Below are positions 14,521 to 22,009 of a DNA stretch of 41,446 nt, one piece after another. The notes below the pieces were generated by a model. That model had not been told where the DNA came from. It searched no databases and saw nothing but the letters and a program-made list of their open reading frames with translations. Origin of the DNA: a virus; the IMG/VR virus record IMGVR_UViG_3300045592_000084, one strand, 5' to 3'. How positions within the stretch are numbered: the first letter of the stretch is position 1; every line of letters begins with the position of its first letter. A program made the translations under genes and the position numbers.

Positions 14521-17211
14521 ATGCGTACACAGAATAAAGGTACAAGGTCCTCACGCTTCAGGATAACCACTATAGCTATCGCTGTTGCTTCATCTTTTGC
14601 CATGACTCCGGCTTGGGCTGCTGATACCGCAACGGGGAGCGGTAGCGGTGTCGCTTATGGCACTGGAAGCGACGCGCCTAAGGCTGAAAACGTTGCTATT
14701 GGTCCCAACGCCAAAACAGACAGCACCCACAGTGTGAATACCGGCGAAGCGGGTATCGCTATCGGCGCCAACGCCAAGACCATCACCGAAGTCGGCAGAA
14801 AAGGCGCAGCTGTCGTATTCATGAATCCCGACTTGCCTACTGGGAACTTTGGCGCGGGCGGTATCGCGATCGGTAAAAATTCCATTGGCTACAACGGCTC
14901 AACCGTTCTTGGTCAGCACGATTACACCGGTCAGATCGGCGACGTGAATGTCAATAAGCAGGAAGACGCTTCCAACTCCTATGAAAACCTTCAGTACGGG
15001 TTCGGAGCGACGAGTGTAGGCTATAACTCTTATACCGCTGGTCAGTACGCCACTTCGATCGGTGCCTATAACGTCAATTCCGCCAATTACTATCCGGGCG
15101 GAACAAACAAGGTCAATGGCAATAACACTGTTTTCCAGGGGCTCGGCGCCACGATCATTGGCTCTTTTAACAGCAATGAATCCCGAAGCTCTCAGTCCGC
15201 GTTTTCCGGGATGGCAAACAGCCTTATCGGCATTGCTAACAGAACTCAGAACTCTAATGGCTCTTTGATTTTTGGCGCTGGCAACGAAATTACAAATTCC
15301 TATGCCTCCATTTCTGGACTGCCAAGTTCAACCCCATCTTCAGCAGAAGACTTGCCATCTTCAGCAGAAGACTTGGCCAATACAATACGCGAGTCAGTCA
15401 AAGACTCTGATGGTGGCGGTGCTACCCTCGCAATTGGCGGCGGCAACACTGCCGATTACACCCAAGCCTCACAGCTGATCGGCGTTAACAATACGCTCAA
15501 AGGCACGTCCAGTTCCATAAGCCAATACAACGCGCTGAATGGCTACAAGAACACCGCAACCAACGTTAAGCAGACTTATATCACTGGCTTAGAAAACACC
15601 GTAGATAACAGCCTTCAGGTGAAGGTTTTGGGCGACAACAACACTGGAACCAGCATTAAGAACACCTCCCTGATTGGCACAGGAAATACCGTATCCAGCA
15701 GTCAGAGTGACATTGTGATAGGCGATTATCACACTCTTTCTGGCGGAGGAAATAATGTAATTATTGGCTCTATGGAGACACAGGACCAGCCACAGGCCCA
15801 GCAAGTAACGGAAACTTATAGCGTCACTGCAAATGGTGTTTCCCAGGACATCTCAACAGAGAAAGTTCCGGTCAAAACTCACAAATCTGACATCAGCGAT
15901 ACGGTAATGATTGGCCATAATGCAGACGTCACCGTCAATGGCGGCGTTGCGTTAGGGGCTAATTCTGTTGCCTCTACAGATAAGGGCGTTGCAGGCTACG
16001 ACCTTTCGACCGGAGCGGCATCTACAGAAACTTCAGTTGCTTGGAAATCAACAGCAGCAGCCGTCTCAGTCGGTGATGTTGATCATGAGGTAACGCGGCA
16101 GATTACGGGGGTGGCGGCAGGCTTAAATGATACCGACGCGGTCAACGTTGCACAGCTCAAGAAGGCTGCAGCTGCCGCGACTACGACTGTTGCTACGACT
16201 GATAGCAACCTCACCGTCGCGGAGACTCCCTCAGGCTCCCATAACTACCAGGTTGGACTGAATAAGAAACTCACCGGCATGGAAAGCGCGGAGTTTAGGG
16301 CTGACGCCGCAAAGACGACTATCTCTGCTGGTGGCGTGACCATCGCCAAGGACAGCACAACGGTAAGCCTTAAATCCAATGGACTAGATAATGGCGGGCA
16401 AACCATCAAGAATGTGGCTGCTGGCAAAACCGACACTGATGCGGTTAACCTCTTGCAGCTGAAGAATTCCGTTACGAAGGTGGAATCTGCCAACCAGGAC
16501 TATATCGATATCACAACACGGAAGGAAAATGCCTCAACCAATACCGGGGCAACCATCTACTCCGTGGGACTGTCTGTTGATGCCGAAACCGCGATCACGA
16601 ATGCCAATCATTATCTGACGGCTGATGGGATCAATGCCCAGAACCAAAAGATAACGAATGTTGCCCCCGGAACGATTTCCGCGACGTCTACTGATGCTGT
16701 GAATGGCAGCCAGTTGTATCAGACAAATCAGGCGGTTCAGCAGAATTCTGATGACATTTCCAAACTGTATAACCGCAGCGCGGAACTTAACCGCAAGATC
16801 CATCGTGCCGGCGCGCATGCGGCTGCTCTTGCCGCACTGCATCCGCTGGACTTCGATGAAAATCATCGGGTGTCCGCCTCTCTCGGCCTTGGCCAATACC
16901 ACAGCAGCGGGGCGGCCGCTCTTGGTATCTTCGTCCGCCCGACGGAGAACTTTATGGTCAGCCTGGGAGGATCAATCGCCTCTGGCAGTGATGTGATGGG
17001 GAATCTCGGCGTGCATTATCGCTTTGGCGGCGACAGCGTGCGGGTGAACAAAACGGAACTTACTCAGCAGGTAAGCACTCTCACCGCTGAAAACCGGGAT
17101 CTGTCAGCAAAATTGGCTTCTTCCAACTCAAAGCTGGAAGCCGCTACGTCAAAGATTGACTCTCTGATGGAAAGGATCCACGCTATCGAAGCCAAACTTA
17201 ATATGAAGTAA
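14521..17211 (+). CDS. Trimeric autotransporter adhesin (YadA/Hia type)
   Basis: 896 aa. Signal peptide ending AMTPAWA. Many head repeats (AIGPNAKT, AIGANAKT, AIGKNSIG, ALGANSVAS). Three neck/stalk motifs (TRQITGVAAGLNDTDAVNVAQL, IKNVAAGKTDTDAVNLLQL, ITNVAPG..TDAVNGSQL). YadA-type anchor (AGAHAAALAALHPL ... GNLGVHYRF). Confidence 0.9.
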   Translation: MRTQNKGTRSSRFRITTIAIAVASSFAMTPAWAADTATGSGSGVAYGTGSDAPKAENVAIGPNAKTDSTHSVNTGEAGIAIGANAKTITEVGRKGAAVVFMNPDLPTGNFGAGGIAIGKNSIGYNGSTVLGQHDYTGQIGDVNVNKQEDASNSYENLQYGFGATSVGYNSYTAGQYATSIGAYNVNSANYYPGGTNKVNGNNTVFQGLGATIIGSFNSNESRSSQSAFSGMANSLIGIANRTQNSNGSLIFGAGNEITNSYASISGLPSSTPSSAEDLPSSAEDLANTIRESVKDSDGGGATLAIGGGNTADYTQASQLIGVNNTLKGTSSSISQYNALNGYKNTATNVKQTYITGLENTVDNSLQVKVLGDNNTGTSIKNTSLIGTGNTVSSSQSDIVIGDYHTLSGGGNNVIIGSMETQDQPQAQQVTETYSVTANGVSQDISTEKVPVKTHKSDISDTVMIGHNADVTVNGGVALGANSVASTDKGVAGYDLSTGAASTETSVAWKSTAAAVSVGDVDHEVTRQITGVAAGLNDTDAVNVAQLKKAAAAATTTVATTDSNLTVAETPSGSHNYQVGLNKKLTGMESAEFRADAAKTTISAGGVTIAKDSTTVSLKSNGLDNGGQTIKNVAAGKTDTDAVNLLQLKNSVTKVESANQDYIDITTRKENASTNTGATIYSVGLSVDAETAITNANHYLTADGINAQNQKITNVAPGTISATSTDAVNGSQLYQTNQAVQQNSDDISKLYNRSAELNRKIHRAGAHAAALAALHPLDFDENHRVSASLGLGQYHSSGAAALGIFVRPTENFMVSLGGSIASGSDVMGNLGVHYRFGGDSVRVNKTELTQQVSTLTAENRDLSAKLASSNSKLEAATSKIDSLMERIHAIEAKLNMK
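15334..15375. repeat. Perfect 21-bp tandem duplication inside the adhesin gene
   Basis: ccatcttcagcagaagacttg occurs twice (15334-15354, 15355-15375). It is in frame and encodes PSSAEDL twice. Confidence 0.9.
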
Positions 17212-17220
17212 GCAAAGCTC

Positions 17221-17250
17221 AAGGAGAGGGGGCTTGCCCCTTCTCCTTTC
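17221..17250 (+). terminator. Hairpin / weak terminator after the adhesin gene
   Basis: 12-bp stem AAGGAGAGGGGG / CCCCTTCTCCTT (one G-U pair), loop CTTG. The T-run is short. Confidence 0.45.
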
Positions 17251-17368
17251 GTCACCATATAATGTATATGGTCTTGTGAAGGCCACTGTGGTTCGCATGT
17301 GGGCACCAGCTCTCCCCTTGTAAGACTGGCACGGCCTAATAAGAGGCCAAGATGCAAGAGAACTGTGC

Positions 17369-17402
17369 GCGCCCCTTGAGGAAACTCGGGGGCGCCTTTT
17401 TA
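17369..17402 (+). terminator. Intrinsic terminator between the adhesin and transferase genes
   Basis: GC-rich 7-bp stem GCGCCCC / GGGGCGC (17369-17375 with 17389-17395), followed by CTTTTTAT. Confidence 0.65.
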
Positions 17403-17426
17403 TGAAATCAAAAGGGAGGCGCCCAG

Positions 17427-19148
17427 TTGACTACAATTTTTAGTCAACTGAAGTTAGCAGCGGCTGACGGTAAAAAATATACGATGTTACTGCACAAAAG
17501 CAAATTCTGCGCATTATCCAATTCGTTCACTCTCCCACCCACCCTTTTTGTTTATCTGATTGCAGTTACTGGGCTTTTGGTCTTCTCCCTGCTTCTTCCT
17601 GCAGCCATGGGATTCGCCCACGGCAAACCATCAATCGTTGAGGCATGGGACTGGAAAAATATCCTGTTTGTGGTGCTGATTTTCTTTGCCCTCAGTCAGT
17701 ACAGAATCACGCGCTGGTTCGTAGCTATTCCTCTTATTCTGATTTTCGGGCTCTATATGCCGGCAGGTTTGCTTTACGGGAAACCCAGCCTCATCGTTTC
17801 AATAGCCGTTTTGCAGACCAATCCCGCAGAAGCAGGTGAATTTCTCACGAACATCCCTTGGCAGGTTTTCGCGGGCGTCATTGGGCTTTTGGCCAGCGGT
17901 TTTATAGGTGTCTTCTACAGCTCAAAGATCAGAGTTTCAGCAAAAATCATTTTGGGTATCGGCGTGGCGTCTTTCATCATCGGGGAAATGATTTCTTTCG
18001 GAAGCGCCGTAAATTCGAAAGCAATCCAGACGGTTTACTTTTTCCGTCTCCTCAGACCCAGTGTAATTGATGGCTATGCCGCCCTAAAGGAAGAAGAAAG
18101 GCTAGGTACTCCCTCGTGGCAAATCGCTTCCGTCAAGCCTCGATATAAAACCTATGTCGTCATTATTGGTGAAAGCCAACGGCGCGATTACGCATCTGTT
18201 TACGGTTATCCACTAAATACGACTCCGTATTTAAACAGCGCCAACGGCATCTTCTTCTCAAACTTTATTACCGCTGGTGGCAATACTGTTATCTCGCTGC
18301 CAAGGATGCTTTCTTACAACATTCCCGGCTCTGAGCAATACAGCAAAGATGACAACATTGTTACTCTCGCCAATGCCGCTGGCTTTGACACTTGGTGGAT
18401 TTCCAATCAGGGGCGTGGCGGGCCATTCGACAACCCTATTGCTCAGATCGGCATTCGAAGCCACCACACAATCTGGCTGAAGGGCAATTGGGCAGACGAA
18501 AATGTAGATGACGATAATCTGCTACCCAAAATTCAGGAGGTGTTGAAGGTCAAACCGTCAGAAGATAAGCCCAGATTGATCTTTGTCCACCTGATGGGGT
18601 CGCACCCAACTTTCTGTAAACGTCTGTCCGGGCGTCCTGTTGCGTTTAATGTCGGAGACAGTGCGATGAATTGCTATCTGACTACTTACCGCACCTCCGA
18701 CGCCTTCATTAAAAGGACTGTTGATCTTCTGAAAACTGAAGCCGGTAATTCATGGTCACTCTTATATTTTTCTGATCACGGGCTTTCCATGCAAGAGAAA
18801 CTGGGAACCCCTTTGGGCAAAGAGCTCATGCACGGGACCGCTTTTCGTCAGAACTATGAAGTACCTTTTCTGAATATTTCTTCTGACAGCAGAGCTCACG
18901 ATGTCAATCCGGCGTATAGAACAGGATTCCGTTTACTGGAGGGAATGGCCGAATGGATGGGAATCAGTGCCAGCAATATCAATCTTAAGAATAGTCCTGA
19001 TTTCTGGAGCAAAACGAACGACGAAGACATCCATGTCGCAGGCAAACAGCTATACCATCAGCTGGCAAATGACCCCGCTCTGCACTTCAGTTCCCAATTA
19101 TCTCAGAACCACCAACAAAATTTGCCATATCCCACGCCACGCATGTAG
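17427..19148 (+). CDS. Phosphoethanolamine transferase (sulfatase superfamily, EptA/CptA/OpgE-like)
   Basis: 573 aa from TTG 17427 (GGGAGG 7 nt upstream), or 554 aa from ATG 17484. Several N-terminal TM helices, then motifs YVVIIGESQRRDYASVYGY, FVHLMGSHP and YFSDHG. Confidence 0.8.
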   Translation: MTTIFSQLKLAAADGKKYTMLLHKSKFCALSNSFTLPPTLFVYLIAVTGLLVFSLLLPAAMGFAHGKPSIVEAWDWKNILFVVLIFFALSQYRITRWFVAIPLILIFGLYMPAGLLYGKPSLIVSIAVLQTNPAEAGEFLTNIPWQVFAGVIGLLASGFIGVFYSSKIRVSAKIILGIGVASFIIGEMISFGSAVNSKAIQTVYFFRLLRPSVIDGYAALKEEERLGTPSWQIASVKPRYKTYVVIIGESQRRDYASVYGYPLNTTPYLNSANGIFFSNFITAGGNTVISLPRMLSYNIPGSEQYSKDDNIVTLANAAGFDTWWISNQGRGGPFDNPIAQIGIRSHHTIWLKGNWADENVDDDNLLPKIQEVLKVKPSEDKPRLIFVHLMGSHPTFCKRLSGRPVAFNVGDSAMNCYLTTYRTSDAFIKRTVDLLKTEAGNSWSLLYFSDHGLSMQEKLGTPLGKELMHGTAFRQNYEVPFLNISSDSRAHDVNPAYRTGFRLLEGMAEWMGISASNINLKNSPDFWSKTNDEDIHVAGKQLYHQLANDPALHFSSQLSQNHQQNLPYPTPRM

Positions 19149-19599
19149 CTCTCATTGTTTCCTTATCCGCCGCTATTCGTACAGAAAGCTCTGCACCTTC
19201 TCCAACCAGTTCTGCGCCTTCTCCGAGTAGGCTTTCGCATCGGGCGAGGCGCTCTTGAGTACGGTCTCCGGTATCTCGGGCGATTTGCAGATCACTCTTG
19301 GCTCTGGTGTCTGCGGCGTCGCGCACCCGGACAGCAGTAACCCGCACAGCGCGAGCGCTAACCATGGCTTTATCTCGTGCCGCCAGCGCCTCGGCCAGCT
19401 GTTTGCTCTGTTTCTCATAGCGTTCCTGCGCCTCCTTTTCTACCGCCCTGGTCTGCTTCTGCCAATCAGATTTAAGCTCGCTGATCTGAGCTTCATACTT
19501 CTCCGCCGTCGAGGATCTTCCTCTGGAGTATCCCCAGAACGCAGACACTATCAAAGCGCCAATGATGACACCGGCAATGGCCAAATTCTTTTTTATCAT
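19087..19599 (-). CDS. Rz: Rz-like i-spanin
   Basis: 170 aa. N-terminal TM (LAIAGVIIGALIVSAFWGY), long coiled coil, and the RLARCESLLGEGAEL motif typical of Rz-type proteins. ATGA-type overlap with the endolysin stop. Confidence 0.75.
   Translation of the reverse strand: MIKKNLAIAGVIIGALIVSAFWGYSRGRSSTAEKYEAQISELKSDWQKQTRAVEKEAQERYEKQSKQLAEALAARDKAMVSARAVRVTAVRVRDAADTRAKSDLQIARDTGDRTQERLARCESLLGEGAELVGEGAELSVRIAADKETMRATCVAWDMANFVGGSEIIGN
19173..19418 (-). CDS. Rz1: Rz1-like o-spanin lipoprotein embedded in the Rz frame
   Basis: Lipobox LLLSGC followed by a Pro-rich mature part (ATPQTPEPRVICKSPEIPE). Lies entirely within 19087..19599 in another frame. The start codon is uncertain. Confidence 0.65.
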   Translation of the reverse strand: MRNRANSWPRRWRHEIKPWLALALCGLLLSGCATPQTPEPRVICKSPEIPETVLKSASPDAKAYSEKAQNWLEKVQSFLYE

Positions 19600-20057
19600 T
19601 CCTGACCCTTCATACAGATCCGATACTCTTTTTCCCGCCGATTCACCAGCCCCGGGTGCTTCTTATTTTTGAAGTAGCACCAGCGCCTGATTTCGGTGCA
19701 GGCTCCTTTGTAGTCCTTGCGATTCAGCTTCTTCACGAGTGCCGAGCTACAGAATTTCTTTTGGCCGATGTTGTAGGTTAGACGGAGATAAGCGTCGAGC
19801 TCCCCTTCCGAGAGCGGCACTTTGACACAGCGGCTGATCCCTGTCTTCGCCATCTCGGTATCCCGGTACAGTCTCTGGAGCGCCTGCGTCGGCTCAATAG
19901 TGTCCCCTTTCTTCACACCGGCTGTTGTCCCCCACCCGATAGTGGGGACGTCTCCTTTCACGGGGACATAGGCGGTTGAGCTATAGCCCTCGTACCCGGC
20001 GATCCCTACCAGCGTGGCGGCTGATACGGTCATTGCGGTGATCTGGTAGCGGTTCAT
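19596..20057 (-). CDS. GH24 lysozyme with N-terminal signal-anchor (SAR-type endolysin candidate)
   Basis: Begins MNRYQITAMTVSAATLVGIAGYEG. The weakly hydrophobic Ala/Gly-rich N-terminal TM runs into the catalytic Glu, followed by AYVPVKGDVPTIGWGTT. Start at ATG 20055-20057 with GGAG 7 nt upstream. Confidence 0.75.
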   Translation of the reverse strand: MNRYQITAMTVSAATLVGIAGYEGYSSTAYVPVKGDVPTIGWGTTAGVKKGDTIEPTQALQRLYRDTEMAKTGISRCVKVPLSEGELDAYLRLTYNIGQKKFCSSALVKKLNRKDYKGACTEIRRWCYFKNKKHPGLVNRREKEYRICMKGQE

Positions 20058-20179
20058 ATAAATCTCCATCTTTCCCCATACGAGCGCCCCGTCCTTCGGT
20101 TTCTCGTTATAATGCCCTCTGTAGGGTTTCTCTCCTTACGTAGGTGGTCTAGTAAGTGGTCTATAGAGTCAGTAGTTTT

Positions 20180-20215
20180 TCCCCGGAAGAGCGCATGCTT
20201 TCCCGGGGATTTTTT
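20180..20215 (+). terminator. Plus-strand-oriented hairpin plus T6 inside the minus-strand lysis cassette
   Basis: Stem TCCCCGG / CCGGGGA (20180-20186 with 20203-20209), an inner AGC/GCT stem, then TTTTTT (20210-20215), which overlaps the stop codon of 20214..20408. Confidence 0.4.
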
Positions 20216-20408
20216 ACAGAGATCGGATAAAACCGATGACGCCCAACGCGCCCCCGATAATGGCGCAAGCGACCAGCACGAGTTCTTTCCAGAAGTGGAA
20301 ACGCTCCTTTTTGTATTCGCTGATAGCCGCTTGCTGAGCCTGTTTCAACTTCTGTTCATCCATAAAAGCCTCTAGCTTATCTATTCTTTCTTTGGTATCA
20401 TCTCCCAC
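20214..20408 (-). CDS. Small tail-anchored membrane protein, paralog of 20949..21158
   Basis: 64 aa. Coiled-coil N-terminus and C-terminal TM LVLVACAIIGGALGVIGFI. The segment SEYKKERFHFWKELV aligns with EEKQKERREFLLEIV of the other copy. Confidence 0.55.
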   Translation of the reverse strand: MGDDTKERIDKLEAFMDEQKLKQAQQAAISEYKKERFHFWKELVLVACAIIGGALGVIGFIRSL

Positions 20409-20438
20409 GTACAGACCTCATATGTACACATTGCTCAG

Positions 20439-20476
20439 TCCCCGAAAGAGCTGCAACTCTTCCGGGGATTTCTTTT
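20439..20476 (+). terminator. Plus-strand-oriented hairpin plus T-rich tract after the first lysozyme gene
   Basis: Stem of about 11 bp, TCCCCGAAAGAG / CTCTTCCGGGGA (20439-20450 with 20457-20468, one mismatch), then TTTCTTTT, which overlaps the stop of 20475..20939. Confidence 0.4.
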
Positions 20477-20939
20477 AGCTGAGAAAGAGCTCCTTCTCTG
20501 CCTCTCGTCTCCTTACCAACCCTGGAAGCTCCCTCCCTCCCGCTCGCGCCCAACGCTTGAATTCATACCCCGCATTAATTACCTTGCCGGCATTGAAAAG
20601 TTTGAGGAGAGTAGATCTGCAGAGTGCCCCAGCGCCACAGTTGTATGCAAAATCCAACAAAGCGATGAACTGCCCTTGCGTTACAGCGACCCTGACAGAT
20701 CGGGACAGCACATCACGAAGACGGTAAAGCTCAGACTCCAGAAGCTCGTCTGCCTCCTCTTGAGTAATCTTTATGTTCCTGATGACAGGGTTCCCAGATG
20801 CCAGGCGTGTAGAGCCATAACCCACAGTCCATACCCCCGCAGGATCCCGGTAGGAAGCCAGCCGACACCCCTCGTTCGACTTAATGAAGGGGACCGCAAT
20901 TGCCGGGTCCCACGCCGAAAATTCTTTCTTTTCAGCCAT
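20475..20939 (-). CDS. GH24 (T4/P22-type) lysozyme, soluble
   Basis: 154 aa. Canonical E-x8-D-x5-T triad in SNEGCRLASYRDPAGVWTVGYGST. No N-terminal hydrophobic segment. Confidence 0.9.
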   Translation of the reverse strand: MAEKKEFSAWDPAIAVPFIKSNEGCRLASYRDPAGVWTVGYGSTRLASGNPVIRNIKITQEEADELLESELYRLRDVLSRSVRVAVTQGQFIALLDFAYNCGAGALCRSTLLKLFNAGKVINAGYEFKRWARAGGRELPGLVRRREAEKELFLS

Positions 20940-20948
20940 GATCTCTCC

Positions 20949-21158
20949 TTATTTTGTCAGCCAAAGGACAAGAACTGCTGTCACGACTGGGGCAATAAAC
21001 GCCTTGACAATCTCGAGCAAGAACTCTCTTCTTTCCTTTTGTTTCTCTTCAAATTCGGCCCGCACACGCCTTTCAATTTCCTGCTCTTTCTGCATATCCA
21101 TAAGCACACCAACCTCTTGCTTTAGTTTTTGAATTTCAGCTATACTGGCGCTGTGCAT
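20949..21158 (-). CDS. Small tail-anchored membrane protein, paralog of 20214..20408
   Basis: 69 aa. Coiled-coil N-terminus and C-terminal TM FIAPVVTAVLVLWL. Lies 9 nt upstream of the soluble lysozyme gene. Confidence 0.55.
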   Translation of the reverse strand: MHSASIAEIQKLKQEVGVLMDMQKEQEIERRVRAEFEEKQKERREFLLEIVKAFIAPVVTAVLVLWLTK

Positions 21159-21182
21159 AAGTTCATCTGTGTTAAGTGGAAT

Positions 21183-21220
21183 AAAAAAGCCCTCGGGAGT
21201 TCGCTTCTCCCGAGGGTTTT
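21183..21220 (-). terminator. Strong (bidirectional-looking) intrinsic terminator after the holin gene
   Basis: Perfect 10-bp stem CCCTCGGGAG / CTCCCGAGGG (21190-21199 with 21207-21216), flanked by A6 on one side and T4 on the other. This gives U6 on the minus-strand RNA. Confidence 0.7.
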
Positions 21221-21248
21221 CGTTTGATGGGGAGGATCCCCTATCCTT

Positions 21249-21746
21249 CTATTCGTCTCTGTGCTGCCGGTGAATCTCTCCCCCGCTCACCACATCTGAC
21301 GCCATCGCCTCTGACCGCTCTTCCATCGCCTTCAGCATCTTGCGGATCGGCGCCGGGATGATTGCCCCATACCCCATGCGCTCAATATTCTCTAAAATGC
21401 TGCCAAAGTCGTTCAGGCAGAAAGCAAAGACCGCCGCATCCCTGACACTGACGAAAGGTATGACCGAAGTGATATCCAGCCCATGGCAAAGTGCCACGAG
21501 GCTCAGCATGACGATCTTTTTGGTGATGCCAAGGAACCCCGTACGGGAATTCCATTGCCCACTCTTTAAAGCCGCAAAGGTCCCCGATAGGTAATCCACA
21601 ACGATAAAGACAAGGAGCCACTGAATAGCGTCATCAACGGGGCCAAAAAGAAAGGAGCACAAGGCTCCCAGAATCCCGCCAACCGCCAGAAAAACGCGGG
21701 ATGAAAAATCAGGAATCAGATCCACCTGTGCCCCCATCAAAGACAT
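21249..21746 (-). CDS. Holin (Phage_holin_4_1 / TcdE-like family)
   Basis: 165 aa with 3-4 TM helices. The family-like motifs VVDYLSGTFAALKSG.WNSR.G..GI.KK and NDFGSILENIERMGYGAIIP are recognised from memory. Confidence 0.7.
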   Translation of the reverse strand: MSLMGAQVDLIPDFSSRVFLAVGGILGALCSFLFGPVDDAIQWLLVFIVVDYLSGTFAALKSGQWNSRTGFLGITKKIVMLSLVALCHGLDITSVIPFVSVRDAAVFAFCLNDFGSILENIERMGYGAIIPAPIRKMLKAMEERSEAMASDVVSGGEIHRQHRDE

Positions 21747-21749
21747 TGC

Positions 21750-21968
21750 TCAGCCTTCAGCAGCAGAATCCGTGATTTCGTCCCCGGACTCGTCGTATGT
21801 CTTCTCAATTCCCTTATTGGCGTCCATCCAAACATCAAAAGATATTGTTCGGACACGAGTCTTCGGTACAGAGGCAAGTGCCTCGCGAAGTTTACGCTGA
21901 GTTTCGGCGGAGTCCGCAGAATCACAGTTCATGAGAATTTGAACGGTATACCGGTTGTAAACGGTCAT
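21750..21968 (-). CDS. Hypothetical protein between the fibers and the holin
   Basis: 72-aa ORF, 3 nt upstream of the holin gene. No motif recognised. Confidence 0.45.
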   Translation of the reverse strand: MTVYNRYTVQILMNCDSADSAETQRKLREALASVPKTRVRTISFDVWMDANKGIEKTYDESGDEITDSAAEG

Positions 21969-22009
21969 GGTTTGCTCCTATTGAAATGTAAAGATTGATA
22001 TTTGTGGCC

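Noticed and set aside
14249-14554. 101-aa minus-strand ORF spanning the int-adhesin intergenic region
   Set aside because: It runs through the attP core, the terminator hairpin, the arm repeats and the adhesin start codon. It has no SD and an implausible composition. The region is better explained as attP plus promoter.
17254-17272. Inverted repeat ACCATATA-N3-TATATGGT between the adhesin and transferase genes
   Set aside because: It is a single copy with no matching site elsewhere and also contains a TATAAT-like hexamer. The evidence is insufficient to call an operator or a promoter.
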